From Fonticula alba ATCC 38817 (Eukaryota; Protista; Nucleariida), in NCBI GenBank assembly GCA_000388065.2, contig KB932201.1: DNA of 64,000 bases. One strand, given 5' to 3'. The translations under genes were made by a program, and so were the position numbers. The notes below the pieces were generated by a model that did no database searches, was not told the origin of the DNA, and worked only from the letters and a program-made list of their open reading frames with translations. Numbering within the stretch: position 1 is the first letter of the stretch; every line of letters begins with the position of its first letter. This document shows, piece after piece, positions 37,301 to 46,300 of this stretch.

Positions 37301-40300
37301 GGCCATCGGGTCGCCGGCCGGGCGTCGGGCCAGCTCCGCCCGCACGGCCTGCACCGAGAGGGTGGCCGTGCCGGGGCTGTGCGAGGCCATGCCGAAGATG
37401 GGCCGGAAGTTGCCGGCCTCGGTGCCCGGCATCTCCCGGTACAGCATGGCCGTCAGCATGCGATACAGGGCCCACAGTCGGAAGAGGATGACGTCGCCCT
37501 GGCTGAGCTCCAGCTCCAGCAGGCCCAGCTCCTCCTCCAGGGTCTTGCCCGGCACCGGGACCGCTGGCCGGAAGACATTCACCGTCATGGTCGGCACCCG
37601 TTGGAAGGTCAGGGTGGCGTAGAGGCGGACATAGCGCAGGCGCAGGGCCCGGCGCCGGGACAGGGCCCACGGCGACCAGGCGAACCCCTCGCGCGGCCGG
37701 GGCTCCGGCTCGACATCCACCGGGGCCATGACCGGCGGGACGGGCGGGCCGGCGGCCGGCCGGCCGGGCGCCGGCGGGGTCCGGGTCCCGGACTCCACCC
37801 CGCCCGGGGTGTGGTCCACGGCCCGGGCCACCCGGGCCGCCGCCTCCCCGGCCGCCGGCGTATACCGCGAAGCCAGGAGCTGCCACAGGAAGGTCGGGTC
37901 GGCCCGAGCACCGGGGGCCGCCAAGTCCCCCGGCCCGGAGCTCAGGGTCCCGGAGGCCGACTCGGACAGCGGGGTGATCCGGCCGGAGGGGCCGCCGGCC
38001 GAGGCAGTCCCCGCGGCCGCCGCCGCCGCCGCCGCCGCCCCCTGGGGGGGAGTCTGGCTGCCGGGGCCCGGGTCGGCCACCGGCGGCGGGGTGGCGGTCC
38101 CGGGGACCGGGCCGGCCGCCGGGCCGGGCTCCGCGCCGGTGGTCGACTTGGCCGCCGAGCGCCAGCCAATTTGCTGCAGCCGACGCTGCAGCCGGGACAT
38201 CGGCGACTCGGGCGGCTGGCCGGTGGTCGGGTCCTTGCGCGGCCCGGCCGCCGGCGGCCCCGGCGAGGCGAAGGCCTGCAGCAGGGACCGCCGGCGCCGG
38301 CGCCGGTCCGGGCTGGCCGGCGAGGCCCGGCTCCGGGCCTCCCCCCCGGGGGGGGTGATCTCCAGGTCGCCCGCGGCGAGGCTCAGCCCGCGGCGTTCGG
38401 CCAGCGTGCTGCGCGAGGAGGCCGGCTCGTGCCCGGCCGAGGGGGCCGGGCCCGGCTGCTCGGCGGCCAGCCCGGCCGGCGGCTCCTCCTCCTCCTCCTC
38501 CTCCTCGTAGCCCGGGTGCCGGCTCACCTCCGACATGTATAGCAGGAATTCATCGCGGTTGTTGGCCCCGATGACCGTGGCCAGGCTGTAGTAGTCCTCG
38601 GCCGGGGCCTCGGCCGCCGGCGCGGCCGGGGGGGTCCTGTCGCCGGGGGCCAGGCCGGCCGCCGGCACATCGCCCGGCGGGGCGGCGCCCCCCGCCGGCC
38701 CGGCCGCCAGGGACATGGCCGCCGGTCGGGGCGGCCCGATGCCGGTGGTCGTTTCGACAGCCACCTGGCGCGGGGGCCAGCCCACCGGCGCCAGGGTGGC
38801 CTCGAGCACGCGCTTCGGCAGGGCATCCCCGAAGTACGGCCGGGGCAGCCCCGGCAGGAAGAGCCGGTTCATGGCGTACACCTGCCGGCGGCTGAGCCGG
38901 GCCGCCACCCGCGGCAGCACCAGCCCCACATCCACCACCGGGTCCATGTCGCCGCTGGGCCGCAACGCCCCCCGGACCAGGGGGAAGCGGAACATCAGCC
39001 GACAGTATGCCTGGCCGGCGGCCTGCACCAGGCAGTGCGGGCCGAGGCGCTCCGGGCGCAGGGTCCCGGCCGGCAGGCTGTCCGGGCCCGGGCCCGGCTC
39101 CGGCGCCTCGGCCGCCGACAGCCCCCCGGGCAGGGTCCCGAGGAGCTCGCGGCGCAGGTCCACCGCTCGCGGCAGCAGCGACCTTGCCAGCAGATCCCGG
39201 CGCCGGGAAACCCGGCTCAGAGAGGACAGCAGGGCCAGCGGGTCGCTGGTGGCCGCCGCGGTCGCGGTGGCCGCCGCGGCCAGGCCCTGGCCGGGCGCCG
39301 CCGGCATGCCCGGGCCCCGGGCCGCCGGGGCATCGCGCCCGGCGCCCCCGCCATGACCATGCGCCGGCCCGGCCAGACGCTCCCACCACCGCCACTGCGG
39401 GACCAGGCCGGCGGTGTCCCGGCCAAGGAGCTCCCGCAGCGGCAGCACATTGGCATGGATGCTGACACCCCGGCGCGCGGTCAGCGGAATGTCGATGACG
39501 ATCGGCGTCGTCCGGCTGGCCACCCAGGGCTGCACGAAGTCCCACACGTCCTTGATGCCGGTGGCCCACTCGCTGTCCCAGAATTGGCTGAGCCCCTGCC
39601 CCGGGAGGCTGAGCATGGCCGCCACCGGGCCGCCCAGCAGGGCGCCCACATCGGCGCCCAGCAGCCCGGCCAGGCCACCGCCGAGGCCCGGGCCGGCCGG
39701 GTCGGGCCCCTCGTCGCCGGCCGGCCCGGGCCGCCCCCCCAGCAGGTCGCCCATGGCGGCCAGGATGTGGGCCTCCGGGCGGCCGGCCGACGCGTCGGGC
39801 CGCGCCTCGGGCCGCGCCTCGGGCCCGGCCGGCCCGTCGGCCCCCCCCGACGGGCCGCCATCCTGCTCGGCGCCGGTATCCTCCTCCTCGTCATGGTCGT
39901 CCTCCTCGTCGGACAGCTCACCGCGCCCATGCAGCCGGGCATAGGTGTCGGTGTCGGCCAGACGCTCCAGCTCCACATGCCGGGCCACCAGGGCCACGCA
40001 GGTGACATCGCCCCGGACCCGGCGCAGGATCTGCTGCGTGGCGGCGCGCCGGCGCGGCCCCCCGCGCCCGGGCCCATGCACCGATGGCCCGGGCTCGGGC
40101 ATGTCGCCGGCCGGCGAGCCGGACCCCGGGTAGGCCACCCCGGGCCCGGGCGGGTGGTGGTGCGCGCTCCGGCGGAAGGCCGGGGTGTAGCGCCCCGGCG
40201 CCGGGCCGGCCGCCGCCATCGACGCATCCACCAGGAAGATCTCCACATCGCGGCAGGTGACATGGAGCCGGGGCACCAGCCAGTCCAGCGCCCAGCGGAC

Positions 40301-41710
40301 CACCCCCAGCATGCCGGTCTCGCCCTTGCCGGTGGGGACCATGCCGGCCGCCGGGGCCAGGTCCACGCCGGGCACCTCGTCCAGGTCGAAGAGCAGCTTC
40401 CCATCGACCGAGCCGCGGGCCAAATTCAGCCACTGCAGCGGGCTGACCCCCCGGCGGAAGATCGACCGCAGGCCGCGCTCGAAGAGCAGGAGCTGGCTCT
40501 GCCGGACGAGCACCTGCCGCGCGGCCCCGAGGCGCGGGTCATACCGGACCGCGGCCCGGACTTCGCGGATGGCCACATCGATGCGCGGCGGGAAGAGCCG
40601 CACAAAGGCATGGGCCCCCAGCAGGCCGGTGTCCGCCTGGTCCTCGTACACCTGGCCCGGGTCCATGTCGGCGGCCGAGTCCTCCGCCTCAAAGAGAAAG
40701 GGCAACTGCGCCAGGTCCCACAGCAGGTCGCTGCGCAGGGCGGCCCCGGACACGAAGAGCTCCAGCCCGAAGCCCGGCAGGTGGCGCTCGCCCGGGTGCT
40801 CCTGCGACGCGTCCGACGGCCAGGCGGCCGGGTCGGCCTGGCGGTGCCACCCGCGCGCCGGGGCCCGCAGGGTCACGCCATCCGTGCACAGCCGCGCCCG
40901 GATGTCCACCGGCCGGGGCTGGCCCTCGCCCAGCAGCCAAAAGAGCGCCAAGCGCAGCAGCACCGACAGGATGGAGCTCAGCCAGGAGGGATCGGCCGTC
41001 GGGTCGCCGAGCCCGGCCTCGGCCATCAGCGAGCCGAGGGGGTCGGCCGGCCCGGGGGCCTGGCCGGGGGCCGGGGCGCCGGGCCCGGCGGCCGTGGCTC
41101 CGGGCCACCGCGACGCCGCGGCCGGCACCCCGCCCAGGGCCGTCAGTCGGAAGACCGCCACCGTGAATACCAGCACCAGCGCCACGCACAGGGTCGACAG
41201 CCAGAGGACCAGGGCGCCGGGGCCGGGCCCCGGGCCGAGGCTGGCCCCGGCGCCCGGCACAAGCCCCGCACCGGCCGCCGCCGGCCCCAGAAGCAGGAGC
41301 CCCGGCGACAGGAACGTCACCCGCGGGGCGGCCGGCGAGGCCCTCGGCGGGGGGGCCGGCGCGGGAGCCGGCTCGGCCGGCGGCGCCCGCGCATGGGCCT
41401 CCAGCAAATCCGCCAACATTTGCCGCCGGCGGAGGGCCAGGAAAAGGTCAAGTACTTGGGGGCTGTGCCCGGTCGGTGCCGGGGACAGGTCCACCTCCGG
41501 GTGCGTGCCATCGCCAAAGCGCCGGAGCAGGTCCTCCACATCGGCCGCGCGAAGGCCCGGGTCCGAGGGCCCGGACAAGGTGTCCCCAGATGCCGGGCCC
41601 ATGACCGCGGTCGTCGAGGAGGCCGTCAGGGCCGTGTGCGAGGAGGTGATCACCGGGCCGGCTGTGCTGGTCGTGGCCACCGACGCCTGGTGCTCGCCAT
41701 CGTCAGGCAT
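11261..41710 (-). CDS. VPS13: Giant VPS13-family bridge-like lipid transfer protein, 21 exons, about 8,527 aa
   Basis: Exons (minus strand): 41710-36821, 36472-35396, 34959-34381, 34063-31344, 31040-30691, 30507-25426, 25233-24872, 24641-23721, 23451-22336, 22154-21178, 20866-20404, 20139-18767, 18286-17805, 17643-17382, 17314-17107, 16937-16492, 16307-14570, 14340-14079, 13889-13783, 13612-13498, 13314-11261. All 20 introns are GT-AG and phase-compatible; the total is 25,584 nt. VPS13 motifs: VAB-type VVLKPPVQVDNRLP, FILYSRLVVLNRTSLP and LTIEPRYVLSNETDLP; LHLAGIGLSLVS...RLYATL; QVDDQATDPLYPVVL; HYRGQLIRQ|FYAVLGAVDVLGNP; GVVGLFVKPVVGLVDG; RQRPPR; and a PH-like C-terminus. The start codon is a best guess. 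Confidence 0.85.
13498..16937 (-). other. VPS13 C-terminal bridge end plus ATG2_C-like amphipathic helices
   Basis: GIGLSLV, QVDDQ...PVVL, DARIRLRPL...HYRGQLIRQ, VLGAVDVLGNPISTIRNINTGVQDIFITP and TTKGVVGLFVKPVVGLVDG. Confidence 0.8.
18767..23451 (-). other. VPS13 adaptor-binding (VAB/SHR-BD) repeat region
   Basis: Recurrent hydrophobic-x-P-hydrophobic-x-x-x-N-x-(L/T)-(P/D) strands: KPPVQVDNRLP, YSRLVVLNRTSLP, EPRYVLSNETDLP and APFRLDNAT. Confidence 0.7.
26379..26450. repeat. (GGGGCCGCC)x8 perfect minisatellite inside VPS13 exon 6, encoding (Ala-Ala-Pro)x8
   Basis: Eight exact 9-bp copies. The minus-strand translation is GPAAPAAPAAPAAPAAPAAPAAPAAPAPS. Confidence 0.9.
34297..34335. repeat. 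(ACAG)n tetranucleotide microsatellite in VPS13 intron 3
   Basis: About 10 tandem ACAG units. It is representative of the many (CA)n, (GA)n and (CAGT)n tracts in introns and intergenic DNA, e.g. 659-700, 35300-35318, 42620-42668 and 52600-52700. Confidence 0.85.
40225..40990 (-). other. Putative chorein-N region of VPS13
   Basis: Amphipathic WLSSILSVLLRLALFWLLG, then beta-strand-like RGSVDGKLLFDL and LVPRLHVTCRDVEIFLVD (cf. the chorein-N pattern NLQIxIxNIHIRYED). Pattern recognition only. Confidence 0.5.
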
Positions 41711-42456
41711 GCTTCCTTCGCCCGGCCGGCCCGGCTGTCTATCGGCAGGGGGTCCGGTCGCGAGGCTCGGTCGCCCGGTGCCGAAAAGGGATGGAAGGCT
41801 ACGCGCCGGTGGCTCCTTTCGTGTTGGGGTGCGAGTGTCGAGGTGCGCGACGGCTGGCGCCCAATGACAGGGGGAACAACCGGCCCGTCGGTGGCCCAAT
41901 CGCGGTGGGGGGGGTGCCTCCCGAGAGCTGCCGATTCGTGCAAGGCCAAAGACCAACTCGCGAGCCAACAAGCAGAGAAGAGGAAAGGAGAGGAGCGAGA
42001 GACGCGGACAAGTTCGGAGAGAATGTGTGTGTGTGTGTGTGTGCGTTTGTGTGTGTGCGTGGATGTGATGGCCACCACCGTGCTCGGCTGGCGATGAGGC
42101 CGGCGAAAAAGTCACCCAATCGCGCAACACGGGGGACGCAACCGCCAGAGGCGCCCCTAGGCAGCACATTCCTCGGGAGGCGGCCGGAGTATCCTCGGGG
42201 AGGGGGACCCCGGTGTTGACGCGCACGCAAAGAGCCCCTGGGTCTCCGCCGGGGCCCGGGCCGGCCGATCAACACCCCTCTCCCTGCCCTTGCCGATCCA
42301 GGGAGCGGAGGCCACGTCCGGCGATCTTAAAAGCCCAAGTTAAGGGAGCCGTAACCGAAGGCGCGCCGCGGGGCGCCAAGTACCAGGCCATGTCCCCTGC
42401 TCAGGGACACCAACTAAGTATTAGATGATGCACAGTTGGCGCGATAACAATGGCGG

Positions 42457-42480
42457 CACGTGGCGACGTTCTCACGTGAC
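42457..42480. promoter_or_regulatory. Two E-box (CACGTG) motifs upstream of VPS13
   Basis: CACGTG at 42457-42462 and TCACGTGAC at 42472-42480, in a locally AT-richer segment about 750 bp upstream of the proposed ATG. Function is not demonstrated. Confidence 0.3.
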
Positions 42481-43338
42481 AGATTAGGCCGCGTGTAACT
42501 GATAAGCCTTTTCAACCTCGCCCTTCCCGCCGCCTGCTCCCCCCCCCCCCGGAGCCCGTGTCTGTGTGTCTGTGTCCATGGTGAGAGCATGCTGCCGCGA
42601 GCATCACTCTTTTTGTACGCGCACACACACACACACACACATACACATACACATACACATACACATACAGAACGCCCCGGTTCCCGGCCACCCTGTCCTC
42701 AGCATGGTCAGTTGACAGCACGGCGTGGCGAAAAATCCGCCCAGGCATGGAGCTGCGGGCCACATCTCGCGAGAGAAGCTGGCAACGAAAATGCGGCCTT
42801 CGGTCGAAGGAATAAACACGGCTGGGCAAATGTGAGGCATGTGTAAATATATAAATATATTGGGCTAATCGCCCCTGAGAACAAAAATGACACGGAATGC
42901 CATGAAAAAGAGGACCCACGGGGAAAGAACCACAAGGCCAGTGCCTTTTCGCTTGCCCCATCCCTGGGGGGGGGGAGGAGCCCCCATCTAAACAAGGGGA
43001 GGGGAGAAGGACAAGGCGACCGGGTGAAAGGGGAAGGGGCGGAAGATCTCAGGAGGACAAGAGAACGAGGGGGGGGGAGAGAGAGACAGAGAGACAGAGA
43101 GGGAGAGGGGGGAGGAAAGAGAGAAACACAAGGACCAAGGGGCTCGCATCCCTGGCGGCGCGCCAAAGAAGGGAAGGCAGGCGGGGCTCCGCAACGGGAC
43201 ACGGCCGGAAAGAGGATAGAGAGAGAGGGAGAGAGGGAGAGAGGGAGGGAGAGAGGGAGAGAGGGAGAGAGCATGTGGGGGAGGGTGCGCAAGCCGGCGC
43301 CCGGCACGTCGATGGAGGAGAAGGAGGAGAGGCCACGC

Positions 43339-46300
43339 TCAGCAGGCAGGGCGTTGCCGAAGACCGGACTCCACCTCGTCCGCCGACGGGCTGGCCAGGT
43401 AGAGCTCGCGCAGGCGCAGCCAAGATGCCCGATGCACCAGCTCCCCGAGCGGCATGTCCAAACGCATGTCGAAGAGGAATTGCAGGTCGGTCATTTGGCC
43501 ATACTGGCCGAGGAAGGCCCGGCCGGCCGTGTGCATGAGCGCCCGGTGGGCCTGCATCCGGCGCCGGTCCACCCGCAGGGCCGAGTGATCGAAGGTGTCC
43601 ACCAGGATGTTGTACAGGCACTTGTTGGCCGCGGCTTCCAAGTGCGCTTGGGCCTCGGCCGGCCCGTCGACCGGGTGCTGGTGATCGGCCGCCGCCTCGG
43701 CGGCTGCCCGTTCGAGCCGCCGCTGGCGCTGCTCCTGCCAGCTCGCCGGCCGCAAGGGCCCCAACAGGGTGTCCATCTTGGCCGCGGCATCTGCCCCGGC
43801 CGGGCCCCCGGCCCCGGCCCCGGCCCCGGCCCCGGCCCCGAACGGGTCCATGTCCGGGGTGAAGTCAAACAGGCGCTCGATGTTTTCCGCCACCGAGGCG
43901 TCCAGCTGCGGCCCCGGCGCCAGGAAGGGGCTGGCCGCCTGCTCGCCGCGGAGTTCGGCCAAGCGCAGGCGATGTCGCTCCGGGGCCAGATCCCCCAGAA
44001 GCCGGCTGTTGTGCCGATGCAGCTCCCTCGATGTGGGGGCCAGTCGGGCAGCGAGGTCGGCCGCCAGGATCACCGGCAGCTGGCCCGGCCTCTGAGGCAA
44101 GGCCCCCGACTCGCCGGTCGTCGCGTCGACCTCCACACACCGGTCCCCTTCCAGGGTGAAGGTCGGCCCGACACTGGCCCCCAGCTGGACCACTGGCCGA
44201 TGCCCGGCGATGTAGGACAGGATGGGCGAGCGCTCGGCCGGGGCCTGCCACTCGGCCGGCGCACCTGCTCGGGACCCCTGCTGCCGGCTCGCCGACCGGA
44301 GGAACCCCTCGCGCGTGCGCTCGGCCAGCTGGCTCAACGCGGCGGCCAGCTCGGCCGGCGACTCGGCCATCGCCTCGGCCACCGCGGCTCGGGCCCTCTC
44401 CACGTCCGGGTCCCGGGGCAGGGTGGCCCGCGCGCGGGTGGCCGGAAACTCGCCCGGTGACGGCGACCGCGGGGGCGGCACTGGGGCCGGCGATGACGCC
44501 GACGGCGGCAGGACCGACACGGCGGCCACATCATCCGCGTGGGCCGGCGGCTCGGGGGCCGCCGCCACCGGTGACGGCGGTGCCGCCTTCGGCTTGGCAC
44601 TCGGCTCGCGCGAGTCGGGATACATGTCGGAGAAGGCCCGCAGGATGCGCTCCTGCTTCGGGTGCAGGCTGGGGAAGGTGGATGCAGGGGTCGCCAGATC
44701 ATCGGGGCCGAGCGGCCGCCGACGCCGATAATGGGCCTTCCTCTGCCGGCCGGTTGCCAGGGGGGCCGCCATGTTGGCCGACGCGCCGGCCGACGCCGCC
44801 GGCTCGACTGCCGGAGCCTGAGGCCCACCCGGCGACTGGCCATGGTTGGACACGACAAATTGGTCGCACGCGATGGCCAGCAACATGGCGTACGTCTCGT
44901 GGCTCAGGCCGCGGAAGCGCTCCGGCTCCAGGATCATGGCCAGTGCCACGGCCGACAGGTACTCATTGTCAAAGTGACCCGGGTCCCCGGCATCCTTGTC
45001 ACTGTCATCAGTGTGATCCCCATGGCCGGTGGCCCCGGGCCCCGGGGAGCCATGCCGGACCCCGGGCCCGGGATACCCCACAAAGAGCAGCGGCATGCCA
45101 CCGGATGACCGCCGGACCGCCGGCGTGGTGAAGTCCTCGCTGCGGGTGGCCCGGCGCCGGGTAATGCACCGGTGACAGGGGCACGGCAAGTCCGGCAGAT
45201 GGTCCGCCCGGAAGAAGTCACTGACCACCAGGTACGAGGCCAGGGCCATGCCACCATGGAGTTGGGCCCCGCCGGCCCCCTGGCGCAGGGACAAACGCTG
45301 GGATATGTCCTCGAAGCCGGCCAGACGGAGGAACCACTCATCCAGGTCGCGTGCCGACAGGTTGAAGAGCGACGTGGCCCCGAGGGTCGGCGAGCGGAAG
45401 AGCTCCGGCGCCGTGTCCAGCATCCCCAACACCGACCGGAGGAAATCCCCCGGCGCCAGGGTGACGCCAATCATCGGCATGCCGGAGTACGACCGGGCCC
45501 GGCGCAAACGCGACACCTGGCGAATGGATGGCCGATCGAAGGGCGACTCCCCGAGGGGCGCCCGGTCCAGGCGGAAGGTGGCCAACAGGTGCCGCAGCGG
45601 CGCGAGGAAGGCGAAAGGGCCAAATGCAGCGGCGGTGGTGAAAGGCCCGGCCGTGTCCGGCACCCGGGCCCGCCGGGGTTTCGAGGAGCCAGACGAGTCG
45701 CCCGAGCGACCCGCGCCCCGGGTCGACTGGCCCTGCTCACCGGTCGAAGGCGATGCCAGGGGGGAAGACCCATCATGCGGGCGTTGAGCCTGGCCGGGAC
45801 GCCGGGTCCGCGCGGTTTTGGCATTCTGCCTGGACTTACTGTGGGACAGGGCCGACGGCGGCGGCAGAGGAAAGGCCTGGCGGTGAAGCAGATACCAGTC
45901 CTCCAGGGCCCGGTCAAAAAGGTCCCGGCCGCCGGGGGTCGAGTGCAAGAAGTGATTCAGCTGCGAGAGGGAGAGCAGGCCACGTGGAGACCACGCCGGC
46001 GGGACGGCCGCCAAAACCAGGCGACTATACAGATAAACCACCTGCGGCAGGGGGAGCTCCGTCTCGGCCACCACATCCAGCACGGACATCGAGGCCAGGT
46101 CGCGCCCGGCCGGCAGCCAGCGCTGCTCCGGCGAGTGGTGCAGGGCCACCGGCTCCAGGCCGATGTCCACCAGGAAGCGCTGCATTTGCTCCGGCGTCCA
46201 GGTGAAGATCCCGGCCTCGACCACGGCCGGTGGCGGGGTGAACTGCCCGGCCGCCGTGGCCCGGCCGCCGACCCCACTGGCACTGGGATCGTGCGAGGCC

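Noticed and set aside
30638-42097. Very long plus-strand ORFs (1235, 1111 and 1020 aa)
   Set aside because: These are antisense shadows of VPS13 exons caused by stop-codon scarcity in GC-rich DNA. The translations are Arg/Gly/Pro-rich with no motifs.
41711-42226. ORF-track N-terminal extension of VPS13 (GTG at 42226)
   Set aside because: It runs through (CA)n and CT-rich microsatellite DNA (HTHTH peptide) typical of introns or UTRs here. The first ATG after it (41710) was used, but an upstream exon cannot be excluded.
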